Virus record (IMG/VR): IMGVR_UViG_3300019360_000147
Location: 9,726 to 73,725 of that record
Strand: one strand, 5' to 3'
Length of the DNA: 64,000 nt
Source: a virus
In this document: piece after piece, positions 35,574 to 45,506 of the stretch
Position numbering within the stretch: position 1 is the first letter of the stretch
Layout of the letters: every line of letters starts with the position of its first letter
Made by a program: the position numbers and the translations under genes
Notes under the pieces: generated by a model
Databases searched by the model: none
Seen by the model: the letters and a program-made list of their open reading frames with translations, nothing else
Told to the model about the DNA's origin: nothing

Positions 35574-37796
35574 GTGGCCGACACGCAGGTTCTCGAGCAG
35601 GACGTTTCCTACGAATCCAGGCAGCCGGCTGGTGCCGTGGAGGAGCAGCAGGACCTTCGCGTGCCGGATGATCGTGCTTCGTGGGCGATCGGACTCATCT
35701 ACGAGTGGGAGAACGGGAAGGGCAAGGAGCTGCGGGAACGCGCCAAGAAGATGTTCAAGTATTACAACGGGGACCAGTGGGATCCGACGGTGCGGTCCAA
35801 GATGGAGTCCTCGGACGATCCCCGGCCCGTGATGACGTTCAACGAGATCCGGCCAAAGATCGACATCCTGTCGGGCGAGGAGCGACGGAATCGCGAGGAC
35901 TGGGTCGCCAAGCCGCGGGAGGGGTCCGATGAGGAGGAGGCCCAGATCCGCACGGCCCTGCTCAAGTACAAGCGGGACCAGAACACGCTGGCGGTGGAGG
36001 AAAGCCGGGCGTTCGAGGAGGGCATTATCGGGGGGTATGCCGGCGTGGCCTGTGACCTCGTGGCCGATCCCGAGGGCGGGGCGCCGTTGATCCATGTCGA
36101 GGCGCGGGACTGGTCCGAGTTCCGGTGGGATCTGACCAGCCGCAAGCCCGATATGACGGACGCACACTGGATGGCCTTGTCCGTCATGGCCAGTCCCGAC
36201 CGGCTGTCCGAACTCTTTCCAAACTGGTCGGTCGAGATCAACGGCGAGTATGCGAGCCTTTGTCACGACCCCCTGATCGAGGAAGCGGATATCGGCGAGC
36301 GCATCGGCGTGACCCGCTATCTCGATGGCCGGATGCGGAAGACCCTCTTCGATACGAAGGAGAAGAAGATCCGCACGATCCAGTTCTACTACCGGACGAT
36401 GCGGAAGCGGGAGTACCTGACGATCCAGGGTCCGCAGGGCCTCGTGGAGCGGGAGGTTCCGGAGGGCGACAACAAAGAGTTGCGGGCACTGGCCGATCAA
36501 CTTCTCCTGACGGGACGCGCCCAGCGGAAGATTGTGGCCGAGAAGGCGATCCGGGGCCTTTTGATCGTCGGGCGGCGGACGCTGGCGCAATGGTGGTCGC
36601 CGTTCGACGGGCAGGATGCCTTCGGGACACCCTACTTTCCCCTGCATCTCTGGAAGGCCTCGGACACCGATGGCTACATCATGGGCCTGGTCGAGTCCTT
36701 GGTAAGTCCGCAGGATGAGGTGAACAAGCGCTGGACGATGATGGTCGAAAACTACCTCAAGACGGCGCGCTCCGGCGGGTTGTACGAGGAGAACGCGTTC
36801 GAGAACGAGGCGGAGGCGAAGCGGAAGTGGGGATCTCCCGGCTACTGGGCGAAAGTCCGTCAAAACGCCATCAGTCAGCAACGGATCAAGGAGCACACGG
36901 CGAAGCCCCCAGACACGGCCCTGATGATGCTGTTCCAGGCCGCCGAGGCCAGCGTGGACCGGATCAGCAACATGGACAAGGGCCGAATGGGGATGCTGAG
37001 CCGGGAGGAGAGCGGGGTCGCGATCCGGACGCGAGCGGTCCAGTCTGCGCTGGTCCAGGTCAAGGCGTTCGACAACTTCCGGAACTTCCAACTCCGACTG
37101 GGGCGATTCCTGAATGCCAATCTGCATCTGGAGTTCCCGGTGCGACGCACGATACGCCTCGTGATGCCGACCGGGGACACGAAGTCGGTCGTGCTGAACG
37201 AAGTCGTCCGGACGCAGACGGGGGCGACCCGGATCGCGAACAACACGCGGTCGGCTGGCCTCTACGACATCATCATGGATCTGACGCCTGGCAACGCGAC
37301 CTTCCGGGAAATGCAGGCGCAGAACCTGGGGAATCTGATCGGGCAGATCGGGCCGCCCATGAAGGAGTTGCCGTGGTTCCTGCCGGCCTACGCGGCCCTG
37401 TTGAAGGGACAGATTAAGATGATCGACGGGCTGCCGAATCGGGACGAGATCATCAAGGCCCTGGACGCGGCCACGCAGGCCGTCGCCCAGGGCGGTCCTG
37501 GGGCCCCCGGCCAGCCCCCGCCCCCGCCCGAGCCGAAGGTTTCCATTGCCCTCAAGGGCGACCTCTCGCCCGAGACGGCCGCAGACCTTGCGGATGGTCG
37601 GTTAGACAGCCAGCCGATCCCCGCACAGCCTGAGCCGCCCACTGGAGCATCCACCACGGTCCGCCCAAGTGTTCCGCGGGCCGTGCCCAGGCCTGCGCCT
37701 CCGGGACCCCCGGGGGGGCTACCCTTCACCCCGGCCGCACTGACGGTGCCGCGCGCCGGGCCAGTCGGGACACCGAACATCATGGGAGGTCCCTGA
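35574..37796 (+). CDS. portal protein (P22-like)
   Basis: YYNGDQWD, RPVMTFNEIRPKID, PQDEVNKR, SGVAI; size and position. Confidence 0.88.
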   Translation: MADTQVLEQDVSYESRQPAGAVEEQQDLRVPDDRASWAIGLIYEWENGKGKELRERAKKMFKYYNGDQWDPTVRSKMESSDDPRPVMTFNEIRPKIDILSGEERRNREDWVAKPREGSDEEEAQIRTALLKYKRDQNTLAVEESRAFEEGIIGGYAGVACDLVADPEGGAPLIHVEARDWSEFRWDLTSRKPDMTDAHWMALSVMASPDRLSELFPNWSVEINGEYASLCHDPLIEEADIGERIGVTRYLDGRMRKTLFDTKEKKIRTIQFYYRTMRKREYLTIQGPQGLVEREVPEGDNKELRALADQLLLTGRAQRKIVAEKAIRGLLIVGRRTLAQWWSPFDGQDAFGTPYFPLHLWKASDTDGYIMGLVESLVSPQDEVNKRWTMMVENYLKTARSGGLYEENAFENEAEAKRKWGSPGYWAKVRQNAISQQRIKEHTAKPPDTALMMLFQAAEASVDRISNMDKGRMGMLSREESGVAIRTRAVQSALVQVKAFDNFRNFQLRLGRFLNANLHLEFPVRRTIRLVMPTGDTKSVVLNEVVRTQTGATRIANNTRSAGLYDIIMDLTPGNATFREMQAQNLGNLIGQIGPPMKELPWFLPAYAALLKGQIKMIDGLPNRDEIIKALDAATQAVAQGGPGAPGQPPPPPEPKVSIALKGDLSPETAADLADGRLDSQPIPAQPEPPTGASTTVRPSVPRAVPRPAPPGPPGGLPFTPAALTVPRAGPVGTPNIMGGP

Positions 37797-37996
37797 TGGC
37801 GAGACGAGGACCGAAAGGATCGAGCCGGTCCGACTACGGGCCGATGCCGAGTGAGGCCAAGTTGCAGGCAGCGGGAAGCGAGATGAAGCAAAACCCGCCA
37901 AGCATCTTGGCGAGTACGCGGAGGAAATTCGGGGCCGAGCGGGCACTCGCTCAAGAGCGGGCAATCCTGTTTTCCAAAGCCAGGCGGGCAAAATGA
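37796..37996 (+). CDS. small basic protein
   Basis: Coupled to the portal stop; AILFSKARRA. Confidence 0.55.
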   Translation: MARRGPKGSSRSDYGPMPSEAKLQAAGSEMKQNPPSILASTRRKFGAERALAQERAILFSKARRAK

Positions 37997-38592
37997 CTGA
38001 TCCGTGGTCCGGTTATGATTCGCTGATGCCGAGCGAACACGATCTCGGCCAGGACTGGCGGAAGCAGCCGGTCCTGCCGCCCATGCACGCCGGACTGATC
38101 CTGCCCTATGACTACAGCCCCGGCAGGCAGCCGTCGGCCGCACGGTTGGATCTTACGGACGGGATGGTGGCCGAGGCCGTGGACATCCTCAAGGACGGGG
38201 GGGCGGTGGCCTTTCGCATGCTGCTGGGCTACGAGGACGCCTGCGGATGCATTCATACCTTCAACTGCTCCCACGACGATATCCGTCATGCCGTGGAAAC
38301 GGCCATCGCCCGACTGTCGCGGGCGGCGCGAACGAGGCTGGTCCTCGTAGCGGAGCCGGGCAAGTCCGATGGCATCATCCTCGACGACAAGGACGGTCGC
38401 GATATTCCCGACGTGCGGTTCTGGGTGGCCGCAGGGGCGCAATGCGACCGCTGTAGCAACCGCGTCTGCTCCTGCCCCCCGAACGAGGCAGAGGTGCACG
38501 CGATCACGATCCGAGACTCCTTGCGATCGGATCGGTCGGCGACGGCCGCCGAGAATGGCCGGCACGCTGGATCACCGGGCGAGAGCAGGTGA
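37993..38592 (+). CDS. hypothetical protein
   Basis: Coupled ORF with Cys clusters. Confidence 0.5.
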   Translation: MTDPWSGYDSLMPSEHDLGQDWRKQPVLPPMHAGLILPYDYSPGRQPSAARLDLTDGMVAEAVDILKDGGAVAFRMLLGYEDACGCIHTFNCSHDDIRHAVETAIARLSRAARTRLVLVAEPGKSDGIILDDKDGRDIPDVRFWVAAGAQCDRCSNRVCSCPPNEAEVHAITIRDSLRSDRSATAAENGRHAGSPGESR

Positions 38593-38677
38593 TGACCCTT
38601 CCGCAGGGCACGCGGGCGCTTACGCTGAGCGGATCAGCGGCCGCAGTCCGGGCGAGATACGGACACATGAGGTCGTC

Positions 38678-39535
38678 ATGCCGCAAGAGCCAGTGACACT
38701 GACCCCAGAGCAAGAAGCGGTCCAAGCCGAGGTCAAGAAACTCGGATTGGTCGAGGGAACGATCATCATCGGTGAAGGGGAGGACGCAGCTCCCGCCACA
38801 CCAGCCGCTCCAGTCGCTCCGGCGGCACCGGCCGCCCCCGCAGCGCCAGCAGGTCCGGCGGCTGCGGCTCCTGCTGCCCCGGCAACTCCGACGGAGGGGG
38901 AGCCGGGGACCCTGAAGGAGTGGGCCCAGCGGGAGAAGGAGCGGGCGGATTCGGAGCGGACGCGGGCCGAAGGGTTGGAGGCGGAGAACAAGCGTCTCCG
39001 GGTTGCCCTTGGAACTCCGTCCGGACCAGCGCCGACAGAGGCTGAGGGGAATGCCCGCAAGTGGATGCTGGATATTCTGACCTCCGGTGGCCTGCTTGCC
39101 GAGGCCTTTGAGAAGTTGCCGGAGGAATCGCTGGATAAGCATCCCTCCCTGCGGAAGCGGGACGTGGCGATCTACCTCACCCGGGATGACGTCGCCCAAA
39201 CCCAGTTCTTGGGCCGTTTCGAGCCGAAGCAGCGTCCAGTGGTCCAGAAGCGCATCCTGCCCATCCTGCAAACGCAGCGGCAGCAGTCCGGGTATCGAGA
39301 AACGTACGACGATCTGTACGACCGCTACGCGCAGGGAGTTCGGGAGCAGGCCGAGTTGGTCGGGTTGGTGGTGAGTGAGCCGAACGCCCCAGCGGCCCAA
39401 CCGCCGGGGCAGCCAGCCGCGCCTGCTGGGCCGATTCCCCCGAGCCTGTCCGGGGTCCGGGGTGGGGGATCGCCGGGGACCCCAAGTGCAGAACCGTTGA
39501 GTATCGAGGACGCCCGCGTTCTCGGTCTGGCGTAA
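38678..39535 (+). CDS. probable capsid scaffolding protein
   Basis: Directly before the major capsid gene; Pro/Ala linker, coiled coil, PPSLSGVRGG C-terminus. Confidence 0.7.
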   Translation: MPQEPVTLTPEQEAVQAEVKKLGLVEGTIIIGEGEDAAPATPAAPVAPAAPAAPAAPAGPAAAAPAAPATPTEGEPGTLKEWAQREKERADSERTRAEGLEAENKRLRVALGTPSGPAPTEAEGNARKWMLDILTSGGLLAEAFEKLPEESLDKHPSLRKRDVAIYLTRDDVAQTQFLGRFEPKQRPVVQKRILPILQTQRQQSGYRETYDDLYDRYAQGVREQAELVGLVVSEPNAPAAQPPGQPAAPAGPIPPSLSGVRGGGSPGTPSAEPLSIEDARVLGLA

Positions 39536-39565
39536 TCCGGCCGGGACGGGCAGAAGGAGAATTCA

Positions 39566-40558
39566 ATGGCTGACACCACAGTCGCGACGGGTGATGCCGT
39601 CGCGGTCAAGCGATGGGATCCCAAGTTCATCAGGCAGGCGAGCAAGAAGATCTTTTTCGCCGCCATGACGGGCAAGGATGAGAACAACATCGTCCAGAGC
39701 AAGCTCGACCTGACCAAGGGGCCGGGGGATCGGATCACGATGCCGCTCTTCCCGCGGTTCTCCGGGGCCGGCGTACAGGGCGATGTGGACATTGAGGGGA
39801 ATGAGGAGGCGATTACGCCGCAGAGTGACAACGTGTCCATCGACTTCTACGCCCAGGCCTTCCGGGTCAGCGGGCTGATGACGGAGCAGAGAAGCCCCGA
39901 CGATCTCCGGCGGGCGGCGCGGGAGCAGTTGTCGATCTGGCTGGGGGAGAAGGTGGACCAGCTTGGCTTCGATGCCATCGAGTCGAGCCCGACTCTGATC
40001 TATTCCGAGAACTCGGACACGCTGGTCAAGTCCGGCCCGACCACCTCGATCGTGGCCGCTGATCTGATCGAGCCGCACATGGCGAGCTTCCTGCGCCATG
40101 CCGCGAACACCCAGAGTCCCAAGATCAAGTGCATCAAGCAGGGCGGGCGGGATGTGTTCGTGCTCCTGATGCACCCGCACTGTGCCTACGACATGAAGAA
40201 TGACAGCACCTGGCAGAACTTCCACCGGGACGCGGACGTGCGCGACGCCAAGGACAACTACCTGTTCAAGGCCGGGATGGGGACGATCGACGACGTCCTG
40301 CTGTATGAGCATGAGAACGTCGCCGTCGCGACCACCTGGGGGGCGGGGGCGGTCTATGGGGCGCGGAACAAGTTCATGGGGGCGCAGGCTATGGCGCTCG
40401 CGTGGGCGCGGTTCCCGTTCCTGGTGGAGAAGCGTTTCCAGTATGGCACGAAGTGGGGGGCCATGGTGGGGGCGGTGCTCGGGTTCCGGAAGCTTGTTTA
40501 CGATAGCAAGGACTTTGGGCTGGCCGAATTGAGGACAGCACGAACGAATCTAAACTGA
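39566..40558 (+). CDS. major capsid protein (N4-gp56/DUF4043-like)
   Basis: DLTKGPGDRIT, EGNEE, LLMHP..YD, GAQA..LAW. Confidence 0.88.
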   Translation: MADTTVATGDAVAVKRWDPKFIRQASKKIFFAAMTGKDENNIVQSKLDLTKGPGDRITMPLFPRFSGAGVQGDVDIEGNEEAITPQSDNVSIDFYAQAFRVSGLMTEQRSPDDLRRAAREQLSIWLGEKVDQLGFDAIESSPTLIYSENSDTLVKSGPTTSIVAADLIEPHMASFLRHAANTQSPKIKCIKQGGRDVFVLLMHPHCAYDMKNDSTWQNFHRDADVRDAKDNYLFKAGMGTIDDVLLYEHENVAVATTWGAGAVYGARNKFMGAQAMALAWARFPFLVEKRFQYGTKWGAMVGAVLGFRKLVYDSKDFGLAELRTARTNLN

Positions 40559-40617
40559 GTTAACTCCATGAGAATAAAGTCGTTCCAGGGGTTAATTCTG
40601 ACTTGAAGGAGGAGGAC

Positions 40618-41322
40618 ATGCCAACGGAGGAGAAAGCGCGGCAACCTTCCACAGCGGCAACGGCGGTGGCGGACCCGCCGCCGTCAGATAGGAAACTGGT
40701 TCAAGTCGACGCCGATGTCTGGGCGGAGATCGTCCGAAGGCAGGGGGCCATGGAGCGGATGCTGGAGCAGATCCAGGCCGAGCGTGCCGCCGGTGGTCCG
40801 ACGCCGAACATCATCAGACCGCCCGTCGTCGCCAAGACCATGCCGCCGAACTACGTGGTCTGGCTGGGAACTGAGCCCCGCTCGGGCGATTTGTATCTGG
40901 GGGCCAAGGGCACGGTCACCACGGTCAACTCCGAGGAGACGACCGTGATGACGGACGGGGACGGCCACGGCAAGCCGCGGACGATCCGGGGGCAGCTCTG
41001 TGCGTTCCGGACGACCGAGTACTCGGATTCGGGGATGAAAAGCATCGATTTCATCCGCCGATGCCCCTCGGGGCACAAGTATGCCGGTCGGCTGTTCGCG
41101 GAGTTGGACTGTCCGGAGCATGCGGCGTACCTGCATCTGATCGCGCCGGACGGCAAAGGGCACGACAAGGATGGAAACAAGCTGTACGCGTTCCACCTCA
41201 TCGGGGACTGGATTCCCAAGTACCAGAACCTGGTGCGGTTCCGCATGAACGCGCGGAAAGCCGCCGAGGTGGATGTGGACTTTGTCGCCTCGGATGGCGT
41301 GGAGATGCCGTTCGAGGAGTAG
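40618..41322 (+). CDS. hypothetical protein
   Basis: RBS AAGGAGGAGG. Confidence 0.65.
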   Translation: MPTEEKARQPSTAATAVADPPPSDRKLVQVDADVWAEIVRRQGAMERMLEQIQAERAAGGPTPNIIRPPVVAKTMPPNYVVWLGTEPRSGDLYLGAKGTVTTVNSEETTVMTDGDGHGKPRTIRGQLCAFRTTEYSDSGMKSIDFIRRCPSGHKYAGRLFAELDCPEHAAYLHLIAPDGKGHDKDGNKLYAFHLIGDWIPKYQNLVRFRMNARKAAEVDVDFVASDGVEMPFEE

Positions 41323-41377
41323 CCCTGATGGAGTAGGCGCAGCCGCCACTCCACAGGGCGGGACAGGGAGGAGACAC

Positions 41378-41608
41378 ATGGGATACATGCCAGACTTTGA
41401 AGGCGAGGAGGCCAAGACCCTGAAGGAGGGGGACGGCGGGATCGTCGGTCCCGCCGGCCAGAAGGTGAAAAGTGCTGCCGCACCGGGCACGGAGCAGATC
41501 GCAGCCTGGGGCGGGTTTAGGGGTGGCGAGGAGTTGGTCGACCAGACCGAACCTCAGGCCCTGTCCACCAAAGAGACGGGAGCCCAAGGGGACGAGGCTG
41601 GGTCCTAG
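41378..41608 (+). CDS. small acidic hypothetical protein
   Basis: RBS GGAGGAG. Confidence 0.55.
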   Translation: MGYMPDFEGEEAKTLKEGDGGIVGPAGQKVKSAAAPGTEQIAAWGGFRGGEELVDQTEPQALSTKETGAQGDEAGS

Positions 41609-41657
41609 CCCAGTCAGAGCGCGCGGCAATGGGTGCCGGGCACACAAAGGAGAGACG

Positions 41658-42578
41658 ATGAAGCGAATCCTGACGCTGATCTTCGCCGTGGCGTTCGCGT
41701 GGGCACTCACTGCCCCGGCGGATGCCGGCTACTACTTCTTCCAGGTCCGCGACGAGCAGGGGCGGTCCGTCACGTCCGGCTTCAAGTGCCACGTGTACAC
41801 CCTGGCCTCTCGGACGCAGGACGCGGTGTTTACCGACACCAACTACGGCACGGCCAAGACGAATCCGGTCAATCCGGACAGCAACGGCGTGTGCACGTTC
41901 GCCACAAGCGCCTCGACGGTGGACGTGCTGGTCTACGCCGATAGCGGGAATGCCCGGGGGGCTGTGGCCCGCGTGGTGGGGCTGACGGACAAGGACCACA
42001 CGGTCATCCTCGACACGCAGAAGACGGAAAAGCAGATTCGATTCTACTTCGATGCCAACATCTCGCGAGGGGCCGAGACGGATACGGGGATCGACCTCCC
42101 GCTCGGGGCCGTCGTGTACGATGTGTGGGTTGAGGTGGCGACCGGATTCGCCCTGAGTTCCGTGTCTGTGGGACTGCTCTCGACCGAGGCCTCGGGCGTG
42201 ACCAACGGCTTCTGTAACTCCCAAGGCATTGATCAGACGTGGGGGACAGCCGCCAACCTCCCCGATCCGGCGTTCTTCCGGTGTGAGGCAAGTCGAACAA
42301 CCCGCCCAGCCGTGGAGGGCATGCTGGGGAGCGAAGGGTTCATCTACAGCAGCAACACGCGCGGTCGACTGCTGGCGTCCTTCGTGCGCGGGCAGACGAC
42401 CTTCCCGCTGGCACCCCTTGTGACCGTCACATCCCAGGGGCGGTACACCGAGTTTCCGCATCTGGTTCGGCCTGGCGCGGCAGGGAGTATTGTGTATCAG
42501 ACGAACGACCGGCACACGACCAGTCAAGGTGCGGCGGGATGGGTGACGATTTTTTACCGCGCCCTGAGGAACAAGTAG
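41658..42578 (+). CDS. signal-peptide-bearing capsid-decoration-like protein
   Basis: MKRILTLIFAVAFAWALTAPADA signal; TGIDLPLGAVVYDVWVEV..F...SVG pattern typical of jelly-roll decoration proteins. Confidence 0.65.
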   Translation: MKRILTLIFAVAFAWALTAPADAGYYFFQVRDEQGRSVTSGFKCHVYTLASRTQDAVFTDTNYGTAKTNPVNPDSNGVCTFATSASTVDVLVYADSGNARGAVARVVGLTDKDHTVILDTQKTEKQIRFYFDANISRGAETDTGIDLPLGAVVYDVWVEVATGFALSSVSVGLLSTEASGVTNGFCNSQGIDQTWGTAANLPDPAFFRCEASRTTRPAVEGMLGSEGFIYSSNTRGRLLASFVRGQTTFPLAPLVTVTSQGRYTEFPHLVRPGAAGSIVYQTNDRHTTSQGAAGWVTIFYRALRNK

Positions 42579-42599
42579 AACGGGCAGTACGGTCAACTC

Positions 42600-43961
42600 A
42601 TGAAAGGGTCCGGGTGGAAATTCGCGATCGGGGCCGGGACGGCGTTTCTGCTCGTCTCGGCCCCGATCTCCCGGCCGCTGTGGCCGCAGTTTGCGGGCAT
42701 CGTTCAGTCCAGCCGGGACGTGATGGCGGTCTGGTTCGCTTTGGGCGGTAGCCTTGCCATCGGGGCACTGGCCTGGCGAGTTTCCCCAGCCGTCACCTGG
42801 CTGGTCGGCGCCTATGCCCTGAGCGGTCTCGCCTACGGCTTTCAGGGACTCAGCATGATGAATCTCCAGTCCCTGCTGTGGGGGACGGCTCTGCTGGCCC
42901 TGCTCACGTATGCGTGGCCCGAGCACAAAGGGATCATTTTGTGGGCGTTGACGGCGGCGCTGACTGTCCACGTGGCCGTCGCCCTCAGCCAGTACTTTGT
43001 CGAGAACTACGGGTGGCCGACGCCAGCCGGCTTGGTATACCGCGACCCCTTTTTCATGACGGCCAAGGTCGTCCACGAGGTCGAAGGGCTCGCCTCGCAC
43101 TACTCCCTCTTGGGGGGCCTTTTGGCCGTGGCCATGCCGCTGCTGTATCTCAGACTCGGCTGGCCCGTCTGGGTGGCCACGCCCGCAGTCATCCTGGCGC
43201 TGCAGCACCGATCGAGCATGCTGGCGGCCGGTCTGGCCGCCTTCCTCATGATTCCTGGGAGGCGGAAGTGGCATGCGGCGTGGATCGGGGCCATTCTGAC
43301 TGGTCTCGTCGTGGTCATCCGCGGGGCGTTCTCGGATTTTGCGGGTCCGTCCCTGACAGCCTGGACCAGCACCCGAATCGACGTGTGGGTCATCACCCTC
43401 GCCAAGGCCCTCCAGAAGCCCTGGCTGGGCTGGTCCCCGGGATCCTTTTACCTCTGGAAGCCGACCTTTATCACGCCGCCAGCTAAGGCCGGTCTCACCT
43501 TCATTCAGGCCCACAACGAGTTCCTCCAGCTCTTTTTCGAGGTCGGGGTGATCGGCTTCGCGGCCGTCCTGATCTACTTCATTCACACGGGCTGGCGACT
43601 CAAGCGGGCGCGGCCGTGGACGCGGGAATTGCGGTGCGCCGTAGCGTCGGCGGCGGCCTTTGCCCTGATCGCGTTCGTGAGTTTCCCCTTGCGCATCGGC
43701 GTAACGGCGGTGGGGGCACTGCTCACGCTGGCGGCGTTGCACGGAGAACTGCTGGAGATCGAGGACACGCGGAAGGCAGCGGACGCAGTAGCACGGAGGG
43801 CCCATGAGGGTGGTCATCTGCCTCTCGTACGGCGTAAGCGTCGCCGACTGGCACCGCCAGGGGATTCTGGCCAGGGAAACGGCGGGGTATCGGAAACTGC
43901 CCGGACTGGTGATGCTGCTGGCACCCGATCTGGAGCAGAGCGCACACCGCATGGCACATAG
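42600..43961 (+). CDS. Wzy_C / O-antigen ligase-like (WaaL/PglL-type) membrane protein
   Basis: Many TM helices; TRIDVW......KPWLGWSPGSF and QAHNEFLQLFFEVGVIG signatures. Confidence 0.88.
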   Translation: MKGSGWKFAIGAGTAFLLVSAPISRPLWPQFAGIVQSSRDVMAVWFALGGSLAIGALAWRVSPAVTWLVGAYALSGLAYGFQGLSMMNLQSLLWGTALLALLTYAWPEHKGIILWALTAALTVHVAVALSQYFVENYGWPTPAGLVYRDPFFMTAKVVHEVEGLASHYSLLGGLLAVAMPLLYLRLGWPVWVATPAVILALQHRSSMLAAGLAAFLMIPGRRKWHAAWIGAILTGLVVVIRGAFSDFAGPSLTAWTSTRIDVWVITLAKALQKPWLGWSPGSFYLWKPTFITPPAKAGLTFIQAHNEFLQLFFEVGVIGFAAVLIYFIHTGWRLKRARPWTRELRCAVASAAAFALIAFVSFPLRIGVTAVGALLTLAALHGELLEIEDTRKAADAVARRAHEGGHLPLVRRKRRRLAPPGDSGQGNGGVSETARTGDAAGTRSGAERTPHGT

Positions 43962-44310
43962 CGTCGAGCCGTTGCGGATTCTGGCTCGCCCCGCCTGGTG
44001 TCCGATGACGCTCTACAGCCTGGTCGGGCCGTTGATCCATTGGAGGAGCTTAACTGGACTGGACGAGGTGCGGATGCACAACGGGCCAGCAGCCTGGACA
44101 GCAGTCATTACCCGCATCCTCTTCGGTAAGCGCTTCGTGGCGCGCTTTGGCTTCATCTGGTCCTGGGACATGATCCGACGGGGGGTGCCGCTGTGGAAGG
44201 TGTTGCCCGTGCTGGCCTCGGAGTGGCTTGCGTGTCGGCTGGCGGATCGGATCGAGGTGTCGGCGGCTTCGCAGGCGGCGTATCTGCGGGCAGTACACGG
44301 AGTGGTCTGA
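43804..44310 (+). CDS. GT4 N-terminal-domain-like protein (possibly truncated)
   Basis: GVSVADW...GILARE; EWLACRLADRIEV; no C-terminal Rossmann domain. Confidence 0.5.
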   Translation: MRVVICLSYGVSVADWHRQGILARETAGYRKLPGLVMLLAPDLEQSAHRMAHSVEPLRILARPAWCPMTLYSLVGPLIHWRSLTGLDEVRMHNGPAAWTAVITRILFGKRFVARFGFIWSWDMIRRGVPLWKVLPVLASEWLACRLADRIEVSAASQAAYLRAVHGVV

Positions 44311-44354
44311 CGCACAGTGCACAGCGCAGAGGGCAAAACAAAGGAGGGGACTCC

Positions 44355-44738
44355 ATGAGTGTGACGGGGAAGTTGCAGGGGATTTCCGCACGGGGGTACA
44401 GACTGCGGTGGTCGGTGGACCACACGCCTGAGCCGGACTACGACACTCTGACGCTGGCCCTCATCGATGCCGGGGGATCGGTCGTCCTCTCGAACAGCCA
44501 GCGGGTCAAGGCCCGAGGCGCCGTGGTGACGAAGGAGAGCGAGGAGGCGCAGAAGAATGCACTGATCACCTGGGCGGAGGAAGTCACGCGCTCACCGATT
44601 CAGCCGCCGCCGAACCCCACGGATGACGCACCGACTCCAGAGCCTGAGCCGATCGCCGCGCCGGAGCCGGTGGCGGCCCGCCCTGTGGGCCCGGTCCCGC
44701 AATCAGGTTTACAGGAGAGCGAGGTGGCCGATGGCTAA
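44355..44738 (+). CDS. hypothetical protein
   Basis: RBS AAGGAGG. Confidence 0.6.
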   Translation: MSVTGKLQGISARGYRLRWSVDHTPEPDYDTLTLALIDAGGSVVLSNSQRVKARGAVVTKESEEAQKNALITWAEEVTRSPIQPPPNPTDDAPTPEPEPIAAPEPVAARPVGPVPQSGLQESEVADG

Positions 44739-44970
44739 GACATCGGTGAAGCCATCCCCAACGTCTGGCCCACTGCGCCCCAAGCCGACGATTCGGTTTG
44801 ATCTCGGTGAAGGGCTCCCGTCGCGCCTGCCAGCCGTGAATTCCGAGGTCACGCTGACGGTCAAAGGAACCCTCGTGAAGATCGCGGCGAAGGACGCGGA
44901 CTTCAACGAGTACGCCACGATCACCGTGCGGCCGAGCAGTGTGGTCGTGAACGACGGCAAGAAGAAGTGA
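44731..44970 (+). CDS. hypothetical protein
   Basis: RBS GAGGT. Confidence 0.55.
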   Translation: MAKTSVKPSPTSGPLRPKPTIRFDLGEGLPSRLPAVNSEVTLTVKGTLVKIAAKDADFNEYATITVRPSSVVVNDGKKK

Positions 44971-45005
44971 CCACAGACCACTGACCACGGACGACAGGAG
45001 AGCCC

Positions 45006-45086
45006 ATGGCTGACACCACGATCCCGGCGGGGAGTCCAATGACGCCGGTCCGATGGCCGACGAAGAAGAAGGGGAAGGGGCGATAG
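45006..45086 (+). CDS. 26-aa basic micro-ORF MADTT...KKKGKGR
   Basis: RBS AGGAG; stop abuts the next ATG. Confidence 0.45.
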   Translation: MADTTIPAGSPMTPVRWPTKKKGKGR

Positions 45087-45506
45087 ATGCCGTTCGGGTT
45101 CACGCCTCCGACTCCGGCCCCGACGCCAGAGGAGTTTGAGGCCATGCGTCGGAGCCTCGGAGGCGGTCTCCTCGACATAATTCCCGCGACCGCCCCCTAC
45201 GCCACGGCCCTCTTCGGACCCCCGGAGACGAGAATGGCCGGACCGAGCACGATCAGCCGTGTTGGGCCCGTTGTGAGGTTACCGGAGATTCTGCAGCGCC
45301 TTTTCGGGAGTGCCATGCGGCCCAAGGCTACGCCGCCTCAACTGACGGGTCTGACGAGACCATGGCCCGGTGTGTATCGGGGGGCAGTAGAGCAGGGACG
45401 AATGCAACCGAAGTCCTTCGCCAATCCCCTGACGTTCGAGATGCCGCCGATTTCTGATGCTGAGCGCGCGGCCCTGTTGAGGAGCCTCGGCATGACGGGA
45501 CCGTAG
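45087..45506 (+). CDS. hypothetical protein
   Basis: Abutting ORF. Confidence 0.5.
   Translation: MPFGFTPPTPAPTPEEFEAMRRSLGGGLLDIIPATAPYATALFGPPETRMAGPSTISRVGPVVRLPEILQRLFGSAMRPKATPPQLTGLTRPWPGVYRGAVEQGRMQPKSFANPLTFEMPPISDAERAALLRSLGMTGP

Noticed and set aside
35526-43952. Long minus-strand ORFs (35526-37127, 41517-43952 and similar)
   Set aside because: Antisense shadows of well-supported + genes in high-GC DNA; no motifs.
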